Source: Octopus sinensis (taxonomy: Eukaryota). Taken from it: 64,000 nucleotides of DNA. The position numbers and the translations under genes were made by a program. The notes beneath the pieces were generated by a model. It made no database searches, was not told where the DNA came from, and saw only the letters and a program-made list of their open reading frames with translations. Location of the stretch: the NCBI RefSeq assembly GCF_006345805.1, contig NC_042999.1:50592001-50656000 (forward strand), written 5' to 3'. Below, in pieces: positions 24,743 through 38,587 of this stretch (positions within the stretch are counted from its first letter, which is position 1; the number at the start of each line of letters is the position of its first letter).

Positions 24743-26942
24743 ATGTTCACTAAATTTAATGGATGGGGAGAGAAAGAGGGAAGAAGAGAATTAATTATAT
24801 CAAAAGCAGTCCTTGACTAGTATTTCATTTTATCAAATACAGCAGTGTGAAAAATATTCAACCCTGACAGAATTTGAACTCACAACTTAGGCATAAATGA
24901 ATGTGAATGTATGACATTTCATCTGAAAATACACTGTGTTTTTAGTTAGAATATTGCATAAACCATTTGCTGCAGGAAAGTTCTAGCAATCTCTGGCTTT
25001 ATAACAGACATACATCAGCGGGATAATCCTATCAAATGTTTGACTAAAGCCTATAAACACAAAGTAGTAGGCCTGGTCTTGACCTCACTATTTATCTTCG
25101 TATATTGCATCATTTCGTCTTATTGATTATGGAGCAAGAGAAAATGAAAGATTAGATCAACTTTGGCAGAACTCAAACTCAGAATCGAAACTTATAACAA
25201 ATAGCATTTCAATTATGCAGTCCAGATCAACAACAGTCTGACATTGATCCACCTTTAAAGCTGATCTATGAGGTTTAGTCAAATATATATTTTTTCTTTT
25301 ATAATTATATTCCATTGTATAAGTTATGTTATTCAACAACAAATATCAAACTAAAAGGACAATCCAGAATCTGAGGATTCTAGTCATAGGTCTGCACCAG
25401 TGAAGGTAATCCAGATAAATTCTTTAATAAGAAGCAACAAAATCTTGCTATTATGTTTGGTGTGGCTTCTATGCCTGATAATAGGAAGGATGTCCAGCCA
25501 TAGAAACCATATCAAACTTAATAATAAAGTTCAAGCAAGATTTAACCCTTCGGTCCATCTAGGAGGACAATAGCTCCAAATAAGTGCTAACACAGACTAC
25601 AATGACCTATCCAATCAATGCCAGCATGAAAGATGATGACAGTGGCAAATGATGATAATGATGGCACAAACAACAGTGATGATGATGATGATGGTGGCAG
25701 CAACAACATGCTGATGATGATGAAAATTAAGTGAAAAGAAAAAAAAAAATATGCCATAACAAAGGGTTTCTTGCTTGAAAAATTTTACTTTTGTTTACAT
25801 TTGTTGTTCGTGCCGCTTTTTAAAAAAATTTTAATAATCATTTTTGCCTGTCTGAATACACTAAGAACCTAGGTTCTTAGGTACTTAAGACCACAGATGT
25901 TTAAAGCAAGATTCAGTTGCTGTACGACTAAGTCTAATGATATTAAACAATAGTAATTCCCAAGTTGTTGCTGCCAATAATGCTATTCAGAAGAATGAAT
26001 AAATGTAAATATTATACTACACTAAAATCGTGTATACATGAATAAAAGAAGGGATGCCTTCAATGACAATTATAGTGAATTCGATTTCTACTAAACATAT
26101 TTGGTGCTTTAAATTTTTTGTTATTATTTTTTCTATACGTTGAATTTTTATTGGTCTTTCTATAAAAATTTATTATTAATGTATGAAATTTCACACATAT
26201 AGCGATTCTCTCTTATTCACTTACACTGAGGTAAATTTTAGAGTCTAAATTAACAAATAGTCAATAATTAAATCTGAATTTCATAAAGTATTTATTTATT
26301 CATCCCAAGCTGGAATATTAGTCTATCAAGACACAGTTTCTCATTGAGGAATCTCTATGTGGCGCTAGTGTAGTGTAGAGTGTGTGTGTGTGTGTGTGCA
26401 CACGTGCATGTATGTATGCATATGTGCATGTGAATGTCCCTCTTAGAATGTGTGTGTGTGTGTATGCGCACATGCATGTATGTATACATTTATCTTTATC
26501 ATCATCATCAGTTTAACATACACTTTTTATTTTCCATCCTTGAGCGGATCAGATGGAATTTACTGAGGCAAATTTTCTATGGCTGAATGCCCTTCCTATT
26601 ACAAAATCTCACCTGTTTTCACACACAGTAATATTTCTCTATGACCTATCATGTATTCACAGAAGACTGGAAACAGACAACACCACTTGTATGCCAGTGA
26701 TGCTCATTTACAACTAACAAGTGATGTGTTCTAACAGCAACACCTGTGATGAAATTAGTGCCAGGTTGTAATGGACCAAGTCAGTGGCCTTTCCCTCAGA
26801 TAATCATTAAGTGTTATGGAGAAGGAAGGTATTCATGCATAGACAATTGTCAGTTATCCTCAAAAAGCAAAGAAATTTTGGCCCAGGCTTACATATAAAA
26901 GTGCAGATCTATGGTCAACCTTGATCAACAGAAGTCCTAATA

Positions 26943-27337
26943 GGTGCAGGAGTGGCAGTGTGGTAAGTAGCTTGCTTACCAATCACATGGTTCTGGGTTC
27001 AGTCCCACTGTGTGGCAAGTGTCTTCTACTAAAGCCTCAGGCTGACCAAAGACTTGTGAGTGGATTTGGTAGATGGAAACTGAAAGAAGCCCATCGTATA
27101 CATATGTGTATGTGCGTGTGTGTGTATTTGTGTGTCTGTGTTTGTCCCCCAAACATTGCTTGACAACCGATGCTGGTGTGTATATGTCCCTCTAACTTTG
27201 CAGTTCAGCAAAAGAGATCAACAAAATAAGCACTAGGCTTACAAAGAATAAGTCCTGCAGTCGATTTTCTCAACTAAAGGTGGTGCTACAGCATGGCCAC
27301 AGCCAAATGACTGAAATAAGTAAAAAAAATAAAAGAA
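26943..27337 (+). mobile_element. SINE family A (full length)
   Basis: GGTGCAGGAGTGGCAGTGTGGTAAG head to GACTGAAATAAGTAAAA tail. Confidence 0.85.
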
Positions 27338-27371
27338 TAACTATTATTTCCTTATTATTCAGAAGTATAAA

Positions 27372-27589
27372 AGCAATGAGCTGGCAGGATCGCTAACTCG
27401 CTGGATAAAATGCTTAATGGTATTTAGCCTATCACTACATTCTGAGTTCAAATTCTGCCAACTTGGCCTTTCATCCTTTCGAGGGTCAATAAATTAAGTA
27501 CCAGTGAAACACTGGGGGATCGATGTAATCGACTAACTCCCCACTACCCCAAAATTTCAGGCCTTGTGCCAATAGTAGAAAAGATTATT
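27372..27589 (+). mobile_element. SINE family B
   Basis: GAGCTGGCAGGATCG head, GAGTTCAAATTC B-box. Confidence 0.75.
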
Positions 27590-27596
27590 CAGAAGA

Positions 27597-27968
27597 GCAC
27601 CATCCGAGCATGATCATTGCCAGAGCGGCTAACTGGCTTCCATGCCGGTGGCACGTAAAAGTCACCATTCGAGCATGATCGTTACCAGCATTGCCTTACT
27701 GGCACCTGTGCCAGTGGCATATGTAAAAAGATTCGAGCGAGGTCGTTGCCAGTACTGCCTGACTGGCCCCTGTGCCGGTAGCACGTAAAAAGCACCCACT
27801 ACACTCTCGGAGTGGTTGGCATTAGGAAGGGCATCCTACTGTAGAAACTCTGGCAGATCAAGATTGGAGCCTGGTGCAGCCATCTGGTTCGCCAGCCCTC
27901 AGTCAAAATCGTCCAACTCATGCTAGCATGGAAGGCGGATGTTAAACGATGATGATGATGATGATGAT
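27597..27968 (+). mobile_element. Family E element with (GAT)n tail
   Basis: GGCACGTAAAAA modules, GGTTGGCATTAGGAAGGGCATCC body, GGATGTTAAAC(GAT)n tail. Confidence 0.8.
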
Positions 27969-28477
27969 GTGCATGACTTACATAGTCAAAGTTATCTTCT
28001 TTGTGGTGTAAATATGTATGATACTAATTATTGTAGTTAAGATTCAGATGGAATTCTGACAAGTTAAGAGTCAAGACTTAGTTGAATCATAGCTCAACTG
28101 CTAAGTACTTTGCTAGTTTGCAGTGCTAGATTCAAATATCTCTTTATGGACATCTGCTAGAAAAAGTAAGCCAATGAGAGGGCCTCTACAGAGTGGCTTG
28201 TGCTTGATCTGTTACATATACCAGCAAAATCTCTCTCAAATCAAGCTTAAACATTTTAAAAGTGTAATGACAGAATTAGTGTAGATGTAGATATGATTAT
28301 AGATATAAGACACAATGGTAACAGCAGGAAAACCACTTTAGATGTGTCAGTGTGTAATTTGGGTGATATTTACTGGCTTCAGAAGTCACAGGAGTGATAT
28401 TAAAAATAAATATTAACATATTTATTCATCAATAAACGATATACATACACACATACTTACATATGCATGTGTGTGTG

Positions 28478-28528
<51 letters not shown>

Positions 28529-28824
28529 GTGGAGGTGCAATGGCCTAGTGGTTAGGACAGCAGACTGGCGGTCGTAAGATCACGGTTTCGATTCCCAGAC
28601 CAGGCGTTGTGAGTGTTTATTGAGCGAAAACACCTAAAGCTCCACGAGGGTGGTGACCCCTGCTGTATACTTTCGCCACAACTTTCTCTCACTCTTTCTT
28701 CTGTTGGCCTGTTCACTTAGCCAGTGGGGTGGCGTCATTTGAAGGCTAAAACAATGTGAAGCGCATTGTGACCAGCGATGTGTAACAACATCTGATAGCC
28801 TGGTCGGTCACAGTGATCACGGTG
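28529..28824 (+). mobile_element. tRNA-derived SINE, family C
   Basis: GGAGGTGCAATGGCCTAGTGGTTAGG A-box, GGTTTCGATTCCC B-box. Confidence 0.8.
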
Positions 28825-28852
28825 ATATATATATATGTATGTATGTGTGTGT

Positions 28853-28887
<35 letters not shown>

Positions 28888-28930
28888 GTGAGTGTATGTA
28901 TATATATATGTATGTGTGTGTGTGTGTGTG

Positions 28931-28983
<53 letters not shown>

Positions 28984-29285
28984 CTATAATTATAAGCATA
29001 ATTATAATTAGGGTTCAGTAAAATTTGCTTAACCACATACCGAAATTTAGAAATAGCAGTTAAATACTATTCTACTACCATATGATAGTGGAATAGTATT
29101 TAACTGCTATTTCTAAATTTCGGTATGTGGTGAAGCAAATTTTACTGAACCCTAATTATATTTATGCTTATAATTATAGAATTTTTGAATAAGGTTACCG
29201 ATAATGGTACCTTTAACATATCGAACTACTTGATAAAATTATTAATTATAAATTGATTAATTAATTTTACCCTTTACTAGTATTA
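28984..29285. mobile_element. Hairpin-plus-tail element, copy 3
   Basis: Inverted arms 28984-29179, same tail as the 7.8 and 8.1 kb copies, preceded by (TA)n. Confidence 0.75.
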
Positions 29286-29870
29286 CATACATACATACAT
29301 ATACATATATATATTTATATATATATATATATATAAATATATATATTCTTTTATTCATTTACTTGTTTCAGCCATTTGACTGCAGCTATGCTGTAGCACT
29401 GCCTTTAGTTGAACAAATAGACCTCAGGACTTATTCTTTGTAAGCCTAGTACTTAATCTATCAGCTTCTTTTGCCAAACTGCTAAGTTACAGGGATGTAA
29501 ACACACCAGCATCGGTTGTCAAGCAATGCTGGCGGAACAGACACAGACACAAAACATATACACACATACATATATACGACGGGCTTGTACTTATTCAATA
29601 TACCACCTCATAGGACTTCACCTGCAGTCACATTGCTGCTAAGCACATGCAAAGCAAAGTTCTTAACCCTACAAATTATGTCTGCACTCAAACTTCTCTG
29701 GTACTTTATTTTATAACCCCAGGATGCACAAAAGACAATTAAGTTTTCAGCAGTATTTGAAATCAAAATGTAAAGATAAGTAACTATCTTTGATCATAAT
29801 AATAAAACAAAGGATTACAAAGAAACTAGTGACATTCTCTGTCAGTAAAATGGAACACAATAAATAAAAA

Positions 29871-30440
29871 TATTGGGTTGTCCAGAAAGTTCATGCCGAT
29901 TTTTAAAGGAATGAAAACGGTCAAAAAATACTTGTCATTACATTTTTAATCAACCAAATATGAACCATTTTGTTGCACAATGCGTCTCCGGCTTGCCTTT
30001 AACTTGAAAATACCCTCTTCCCAGAATTGAGGTGGTTTCATGGCAAAGAATTCATCAAGGTATCTTTTTACATCATCTAAAGAATTGAAATTTTTACCAT
30101 TAAAACTATTCTGCAGAGACCAGAACAAGTGGAAATCTGAAGGAGCAATATCTGGTGAATATGGAAGGTGGGGTAACACATCCCAGCTGAGCTGCAACAA
30201 TTTTTGTCTGGTTCCCAAATCATCAAATGCCGAAAATGAACTTTCTTATCTTCCATTTTAAAGGGTTACAGAATTAACACAGGTTATAGGAACATAAACC
30301 TTCTTCCATGAAAAGATAGCTTAAACTGTGCTCCAAATGGAGGTGTAGTCAAATCCTATTTTATGGACTCAACCATGTTCTAAAATAAGTTGAAAGGTAA
30401 GCTACTATAAATCGGCACATACTTTCCAGACAACCCAATA
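29871..30440 (-). mobile_element. Internally deleted mariner element (570 bp)
   Basis: TIRs TATTGGGTTGTCCAGAAAG..TGCCGATTT at both ends; ORF 29946-30218 WDVLPHLPYSPDIAPSDFHLF (YSPDLAP motif). Confidence 0.9.
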
Positions 30441-30923
30441 GAATAAATTTCATGCCATGACGAAGAGAGAAGCTTTATGCTTCAAACACTTGTCCTCCTG
30501 CTTGTTTAGGTTTGAAAATTGCTTAGATCATAGGTTCACTTAATCAAGGATTGATCGGGGATTAGACAACAACAATAATAACAATATAGTATATGATTTC
30601 TCTAGGGATAATAATTACTTTGATCTTAACCAATATGGCACGTCAAGGTACAGTTATTCAATCAGTCAATCACAGGAAACCTATTTTAGAGGTTTCCTAA
30701 TTTATCGCTATATAATTCTCTTACTCTTATTTGCTTTAGCAACATAACTGAGGCCATGCTGGAGCACTACCTTGAAGTACTTACTTTCAACCTGATATTC
30801 TATCAGTTACCTGTTTTTTTTCTTTTTGTTTGTTTTTTTTTCCTGAATTTCTAGGTTACAGGTATGTTAACACACTACGCAAGTTGCATTTTACCTAGTA
30901 ATTTTCATCATCAACAATATATG

Positions 30924-31153
30924 TTTCTTTACTACCCACAAGGGGCTAAACATAGAGGGGACAAACAAAGACAGACAAATGGATTAAGTCAATTACATCG
31001 GCCCCAGTGCGTAACTCGTACTTAATTTATCGACCCCGAAAGGATGAAAGGTAAAGTCGACCTCGGCGGAATTTGAACTCAGAACGTAGCGACGGGCGAA
31101 ATACCGCGAAGCACTTCACCCGGCGTGCTAACGTCTCTGCCAGCTTGCCGCCT
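30924..31153 (-). mobile_element. SINE family B
   Basis: Close match to 33.0 and 56.8 kb copies. Confidence 0.85.
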
Positions 31154-31464
31154 TACATCATCAACAATATAATTTTACCTCCACTCTCCAAACTGGCATT
31201 AATTAAGTTGGTCATCACGGTTGCAGTTAGTTTTTATTTGAAGTTACTACTCTCCTAGATGAATTAGATGGGTACATCTTGTTCGTATGTTTAATTTTTG
31301 GCATGGTTTCTGTGGTTGAATGTTCTTACTTTCACCAACCACTTTACAGAGTGTACTGGGTGCATTTTATTGTGGTACTAGCACTCAAGAGTTTGCCCTG
31401 AATCTCATTAAACCCGTCGTTCCATTTTTTGCCTGTGGATTCCTTTGATTCTTATTTTACTAGA

Positions 31465-31600
31465 AGGAGGAGGGAGAGGAGAAGGGGAAGAAGAAGGAGA
31501 AGAAGGAGGAGAAGAAGAAGAAGAAGAAAAAGAAGAAGAAGAAAAAGAAGAAGAAGAAGAAGAAGAAGAAGAAGAAAAAGATGAAGAAGAAGAAGAAGAG
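31465..31600. repeat. (GAA/GGA)n microsatellite
   Basis: Directly visible; source of poly-E and poly-S pseudo-ORFs. Confidence 0.95.
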
Positions 31601-31674
31601 GAAATGGCATTTCTTATAAAGTCCCATTGCAATATATTTTTAGCTTGTTCTGGATCATACTCTTGGCACACCAT

Positions 31675-32044
31675 CAGTTACAATGACGAGGGTTCCAGTT
31701 GATCCGGTCAACAGGATAACCTGCACATGAAATTAACATGCAAGTGGCTGAGCACTCCACAGACACATGTATCCTTAACATAGTTCTCGGGGAGATTCAG
31801 TGTGACACAGAGAGTGACAAAGCTGGCCCTTTCAAATACAGGTACAACAGAAACAGGAAGAAAGAGTGAGAGAAAGTCGTGGTAAAAGAGTACAACAGGG
31901 TTCGCCACCACCCCCTGCCGAAGCCTCATGGAGCTTTAGGTGTTTTCGCTCAATAAACACTCACAACACCCAATTTGGAAATCGAAACCATGATCCTATG
32001 ACCATGAGTCCGCTGCCCTAACCACTGGGCCATTGCACCTCCAC
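31675..32044 (-). mobile_element. SINE family C
   Basis: Minus GGAGGTGCAATGGCCCAGTGGTTAGGGCAGCGGACTC head. Confidence 0.8.
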
Positions 32045-32236
32045 TTCTGGATCATACAGACACCTATATCATGACTTAGAGACACTGGATCATAGGAAAA
32101 ATCCTATTTGAGAGACTTCAACCCCAGGAGCTGTCAGCATCAGCTTATTCCCAAACAGTGAAAGTAATTTTCCCAAATTTTTTACTTCACAGCAAGACTG
32201 ACCCATAAACTTTGTCTATTAATAATTATATCAGTT

Positions 32237-32638
32237 ACTAGCAGTATCACCCGGCGTTGCTCAGGCTTGTTTTTTTTTCAACCCTTTAGAATTGGAATTT
32301 TTCAAAAGTAAAAATTTTGCATTATGTAGCTTGTTATTCTCTTTAAGTGAACATTTTTCTGGTTGAAATACACCGAAAAATGGCAACATAGCAGTCAAAA
32401 AATCGTAAAAGAAATAGGGATTTTCATAGAAAAAAAGCACCTTTTTGATGTAAATAACTTTTGGTGTTAACATGGTTGGATTTGAATTTTTTCTTCTACG
32501 GAAGGAAGAGCAAGCCTTCTTCTATCATACTCTCAATTTTGGTCAACTTGCACTGCAGGGTCTCGGAGGAGATAGTGTTAGTTGAAGGCTACCAAACCTG
32601 CCATGCACAGACAACTTCAGCTTTATATATAGAGAGAT
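32237..32638 (+). mobile_element. Helentron-associated non-autonomous element (HINE/DINE-1-like)
   Basis: Starts ACTAGCAGTATCACCCGGCGTTGCTC, ends CACAGACAACTTCAGCTTTATATATAGAGAGAT; termini typical of this class. Confidence 0.6.
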
Positions 32639-32987
32639 TAAGTGAGTAACATGAAAACATCATGCATTTCTTGAAGAAATATTTAGATCCATTGCACAGT
32701 CTTCTGCAGTAATCAAGACTGTTGAATGCTGATTATATGGTTTTTGACCAGAGTTGTGCAGAATTAAATAATGTATCTAATACTGACTAATCCAGCACTT
32801 CATTATCTGTGCCAGTTTTAGCAACTCAATTATTGATATGTATGTAATGCATTGCATCTCATGTTATTTATGGAATGCCAAGCAACCATACAGAGGCTTT
32901 CTGATTTAAGTAGATCTATGGTGAAAGACATTCTAGTCACAATTATGTTGTCTTTCATTTAGACTTAATGCATCTTGGATTATATTT

Positions 32988-33220
32988 ATTTCTTTATTGC
33001 CCACAGGGGGCTAAACATAGAGGGGACAAACAAGGACAGACAAAGGGATTAAGTCGATAACATCAACCCCCAGTACGTAACTGGTACTTAATTTATCGAC
33101 CCCGAAAGGATGAAAGGCAAAGTCGACCTCAGCAGAATTTGAACTCACGACGTAATGGCAGACGAAATACTGCTAAGCATTTCACCCAGCATGCTAATGT
33201 TTCTGCCAGCTCGCTACCTT
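32988..33220 (-). mobile_element. SINE family B
   Basis: Full-length match to family B. Confidence 0.85.
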
Positions 33221-34534
33221 ATCTTGGATTATATTAGTCAATGTTCTTTTCTAAAATGTCACAATATGATTTGATAGGAATTTAGTTGCTATTTCTAGCC
33301 AGTTTAACAGCCTCCTTATTTACCTGTTTTATTTTTACACAGTGAAACTCTCTACCTTATATATGCATCTTCCTCATTTCACAAATTCTAAAATTCAGTG
33401 AATCTCTCGATTCTCAAAAAAAGAGCCATAGGAAATTGATTAATCTTAGATAATTAGATAAAGCAGGCAATGGTTGAGGATTATTTGAATAACCAGTGAG
33501 TTTCTCTATATTTTCTAAACCTGCATGCCAGGAATACCAGTCAAATTTTTATCAAATCACAGTCTTCCATCTTTGTAAAGGGATGTGTTAGATATGTATT
33601 GTGGCTAATCCTTTCTGCTATAGGCAGAATCCTAGCTGATGCTTTCTGCTACAGTGGAGGTGGAAAATCAGTCACGGTGATTTCAATACTTGTCTGGTAC
33701 TTATTTCAATGACCCTATAAAGTTGAAAGGCAAACTTAACCTCGGTGGAATTTGAACTCAGAACATAAGACAGATGAAATGTCTCCATGTATTTTGACTG
33801 GTGTGCAAACAATCCTGCCAGCTTGCTGCCTTTATGTAAATTTTATGTAAATTTTAAAGGGAAATTTGATAAGACCGTCAATCACCAGCTGACACTTGTT
33901 GACGCTACATTGAAGAGGCCAGGGAACAGAAGAAAGAAGGACAAAGAAGACATGCGCTCAACACCAGAGCTGAAGACACGCCTGAAAGGGATGGAGCCCC
34001 ACCACGTCAAAACGGTAGAGGAGTAGGGGCCGAAACCAGACATGGTTCCTCCTGATGATGTCTTGAGCTAACTGGATCCTATAAAGGAGCTGTTGTGGTA
34101 GCAGACCATGAAACATGGTCGAAATTCCCTAGATAATAGAAGAGATGATAGTTATGGCTGGAACTACTTTGACTACAGGTTTGCTCGCAGAAAGGAGTCT
34201 CGAAGTGGTTACTTCAGACTCCATAAACAACAGCTAAATCTCCCTCAAATAACATCCAACCACCTTAGATAAAGAAGAGTACATCGGATGGTATAATCTT
34301 AGAAAAATTAAGTCTGAATGATAGATGGGATGGTCATTGTCGTAACATCTCTGATCATAGGTCTGCTGGATCAAACTAGCATAAAACTAAACCAGGGACT
34401 TGAAAAATGAGGTGGGAGTTGTGAGAATTGAAAAGAGGTCAGGCAAATTACCTTGCTTGAGAAAATTCTTCTTCAAAAGGAATTTTCACAGACACATTCA
34501 TTAAAGAATTCAAATTGTGGCAGTAGGCCAACAA

Positions 34535-34720
34535 GTTTGGGAGATAGGGTAAGTCAATTACATCAACCTCCAGCATTCAACTGGTACTTATTTAATCAAC
34601 TCCGAAAGCATGAAAGGCAAAGTTGACCTTGGCATGATTTGAACTCAGACCTAAAGACAGACAAAATGCTGTTAAGTATTTTGCCTGGCATGCCTATGGT
34701 TCTACTACCTTGCTGCCTTC
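34535..34720 (-). mobile_element. SINE family B (degenerate)
   Basis: GAAAGGCAAAGTTGACC..TTTGAACTCAG. Confidence 0.65.
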
Positions 34721-34904
34721 ATTGTATATTAGGAGGTACCTGGTTGGCTACACAATTAGTGATAGTTGTAATTTTTGTTGCTGCTAAACCCTAGGATAGT
34801 TCTTACCCAATAGATTTAGGATCAAAAGCATTCCAGCCTTGATGATTCTGCATTTCAGAGACAACATTTTTTAGTGTATCCTTTCACTTTTTATTTATCT
34901 ATTT

Positions 34905-35220
34905 ATTTATTTATGCGCCCTTTCCAAGCCTAGCCAGACTCATGGGCCTGGTTTCCCAGTTTCTGTGGCGTATGTGTTCCCCCCCCCAGCTAGACAGGAT
35001 GCCAGTCCATCACAACGTTACTCAAGAAACAGGAAGAGAGAGTGAGAGAAATTTGAGGTGAAAGAGTACAACAGGGGTCACTACCACCCCCTGCCAGAGC
35101 CTCATGGAGCTTTAGATATTTTAGCTAAATAAACACAAACAATGCCCAGTCTGGGAATCGAAACCGCGATCCTCCGACCGCGAGTCCACTGCCCTAACGA
35201 CTGGGCCATTACGCCTACAC
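34905..35220 (-). mobile_element. SINE family C
   Basis: Minus GTAATGGCCCAGTCGTTAGGGCAGTGGACTCGCGGTCGG..GGTTTCGATTCCC. Confidence 0.8.
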
Positions 35221-36242
35221 ATCCTTTCACTTTTATTAAAAGAAATTAGGGAATGGTTTGAGAGAAAATTAGAGTCTGATTAGATATTAACTGTAATATG
35301 CTGAGGGAAGTCATGTGTTGTGCTGTATGTGTATGTATGAGTTTTGCGCGTGAGAGTATAAATATATGTATGCATATATGTGTTGCACATATATGTACAT
35401 ATGTATGTTGTACATGTGTTGTGTATGTGCACGTGAGAGTGTGTGTGTGTGTGTGGGGGGTACATAAATGTATATTTCTGTTTGTTTTTTGCGTGTTATG
35501 CCAGAGAGATACGAGAGAGATATTCCAAATCTACATGTATCTGTTTGCATGCATAACGCATGTTATGTGCTTATATGAAAATTAATATAAGAAAATATTA
35601 ACTAACACACAAACACACATACATATTACAAAGATACTTCTTGTACTGTATGTATGTGTGTGGAGAGATGGATGGATGGATGCATGCATGCATGAATATA
35701 TGTTAGCTTGCGCTAACAATGCAGGAAGCATTAATTTCTTAATGCTTCTTTAAGAAAGAAAGAAAGAAAGACCCTAACCATAAGGCCATGCGCTTTTACT
35801 AGGTAAGTTAGTGTTAACAGATATAATGTAGGGAACATCTAAGTTAACTATTAATACAATTAACCCATTTAATAGCCACTTACATAAACCCACTTGCAAT
35901 TTTTTCATTTAAAATCTTGTAATTTCAAAGTGTTTCTGTTTACATGAAAACTTTTCATTATAATTTTAGGTTAGAAACTTTTGTTTATGTGTCCTAATGG
36001 TTCTATTAACATTGCAAATGTGAGTTTGGTTTGTGTTAAAATTAATCAAAATAATATGGATGATGCATATCATTGTATATGTATATATATATATATACAT
36101 ATATATTTTTACATACAAAATTTAAAGGACTGACCACTAAAAGTGCACGGTCAACATGCTAGATATAGACTAGATATAACATGCTAGATATAACATTGAA
36201 AAATACCTGAGGAATGAGAACCCAGATTCAAAATTTCCCCAA

Positions 36243-36288
36243 GATACCTCATGAAGGCTGGAGGGTATATCAGCCAAAATGTTGTGTT
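36243..36288 (+). ncRNA. Degenerate hammerhead-like relic
   Basis: GATAC-CTCATGA-A-GGCTG(10)CAGCC-AAAA-TG-TT-GTGTT: stems I and II pair; core has G5C and G12A changes. Confidence 0.45.
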
Positions 36289-36991
36289 AACAACAAACAA
36301 GATGAGGATAAAATATCTGTCAAATGTAAATAATGTAAAAGCTTTTAGTCAGTAAATTACTTTAGTCATTACCTTAAAATCCTTTACTCAGTGCAGTACA
36401 GTAAGAGGATTCAGTTTATACAGTACGATACTTAAGATTTTACAGTAAAATGTATATCTGTGCTGTACAAGAGTTAAGTATATAGTGTGTAAAATTATGC
36501 ACTGTGGAAGACATTGTGTTAAGCAGTGGATGTCTCCCAGAAGAGCTTTAGAGACTGGAATTATCAATTTTCACAGGTAGTACCAGTGCAGTAGCATTTG
36601 GTTTCAGATTCTATAAGAAATCATACGGCACAACACAGTGATGCGATGCTAGACAGTGTGTGATGTTAGTACCATGTGACAATTATGGATTGTTATTGAA
36701 TTGAAAAAGCTCATACTAATAGCAAACTTACATCAACGTTGCCTAAGGGTAGACAGCAGTGGCGGTGGTGGGGGTGGGGTGGGGTCGGCGGTGGAGGTGA
36801 CAGAGGAAACATGTGAGGGTGCAGGGGAAGACATCGTCGAAAAGGAATTCAAGACGTGATGACATGCTCTAAGTTATTGAAAATAAAGTCAAATGAATAC
36901 ATTCACACACACATGCACAAGTAATCAGACACACATAAGCTCACGATAACACACACATATATAAATGTGTTTTGCACAAAAACACATACAT

Positions 36992-37033
<42 letters not shown>

Positions 37034-37240
37034 AAACACATGTATTTCAATCAGCTGTAAAATTTCAAAACTGGCACAAAAGGTCAATGATTTCAAGCAT
37101 GAAACATCAAACTAGCTGCCAAACCTATATATATACATACATATATGTATGCATGTGTACATATATATATATATATATATACATATATAGTGATAGTATG
37201 TTGTCAACTTAATGTGCCGGTCCCAAGATAGGGAAGAATG

Positions 37241-37279
<39 letters not shown>

Positions 37280-37289
37280 TGATCAAACA

Positions 37290-37494
37290 CTCTTACTTGT
37301 TTCAGTCATTTGACTGGTGCTATGCTGGAGCACCACCTTTGGTCAAGCAAATCGACCCCAGGACTTATTCTTTGTAAACCTAGTACTTATTGTATCAGTC
37401 TCTTTTGCCGAACCACTAAGTTACAGGGATGTAACACATCAGCATCGGTTATCAAGTGATTTTGGCGGGGACAAACACAGACACACAAACATAT

Positions 37495-37530
<36 letters not shown>

Positions 37531-37700
37531 GCATATATATGACAAGCTTCTTTCAGTTTCTGTCTACCAAATCTACTCACAAGGATTTGGTCAGCTTGAG
37601 GCTATAGTAGAAGACACTTGCCCAAGGTGCCATGCAGTGGGACTGAACCCAGAACCATGTGGTTGGTAAGCAAGCTACTTACCACACAGCAACTCCTGTA
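37290..37700 (-). mobile_element. SINE family A
   Basis: Matches family A throughout. Confidence 0.85.
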
Positions 37701-38587
37701 TGTATGTGTACAGATGAAAATTCTTGAGAAAAAACTTGCATTCTTTTACTGTTCCATGTACAGATGGTATTTGCAATGTGCATATTTGTTGGTAGATTTC
37801 TATATTTGAAAATGTATGTTTGCATATATGTATGATATTTCTTTCAACTTAATTCAAGTTCCTGAGAGAGTGCAAGCCAGTTGCAAACAAAGCAACAAGA
37901 TTTTTTGAGTTAAGAGATGTTTGTAAATATATGGGTGAGTTAGTGTGTTGCTTGAACTCTCAATACATACATCCTAGTGTGTATCTATTCACATAGGAAT
38001 ATCAGAAGGAGAATTTTTGGAATGTCTTACAGATCTTCATTGTGCTACTAATAGATCAGAGTTGGAGAATCCACGTCAGTTTTATTTTTTTTTTTTGCTC
38101 CTTTTCCATGAAACCGAGTATTTCCAGGCTTTTGTACAACTTTGTTGGTACATAACCTAATGTAGCTTTGATGATAGATACAGATAAGAATTCATAGTTG
38201 CATGCTTGTATGTATGTGTTTGTGTGTTGTGAACATGATTGCAAGTATTGAAATAGGATAAACCAATCAATCACCAATAAAATCATATATTGCTATATCA
38301 ATTTGTTCATCTTACAACTGTTGTTTTGATGCTAGCATGGATTGGAAGAATACATATAATTGACTTTTATTTTACAGCCGGATGCCTTTCCTGTCAGTAA
38401 CCCTTATCAGTTTTTCAAGCGAGGAATTTGTTGTTTCACTTTTTTTCAAAAGTGCAGGATGAGAACTTTTGACAGAGAAACTCAACAAACATCACCATTT
38501 TTAGTTCAACTTTTTCATGTGAATACACAGAATTCCATACACTTATATGACATACATCATACATGTATGACGAAAGATGTGCTTATA

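Noticed and set aside
25861-25880. 20-bp perfect palindrome CTAAGAACCTAGGTTCTTAG
   Set aside because: Single short instance with no supporting context.
28531-28600. tRNA gene candidates at SINE heads
   Set aside because: A/B boxes continue into SINE bodies shared among many copies; no full cloverleaf.
33860-34130. GC-richer patch with CTGAAGA, CTGATGA, GAAA motifs and hairpins
   Set aside because: No arrangement gives adjacent core, stem II and stem I pairing; may be an RTE C-terminal relic but too weak to call.
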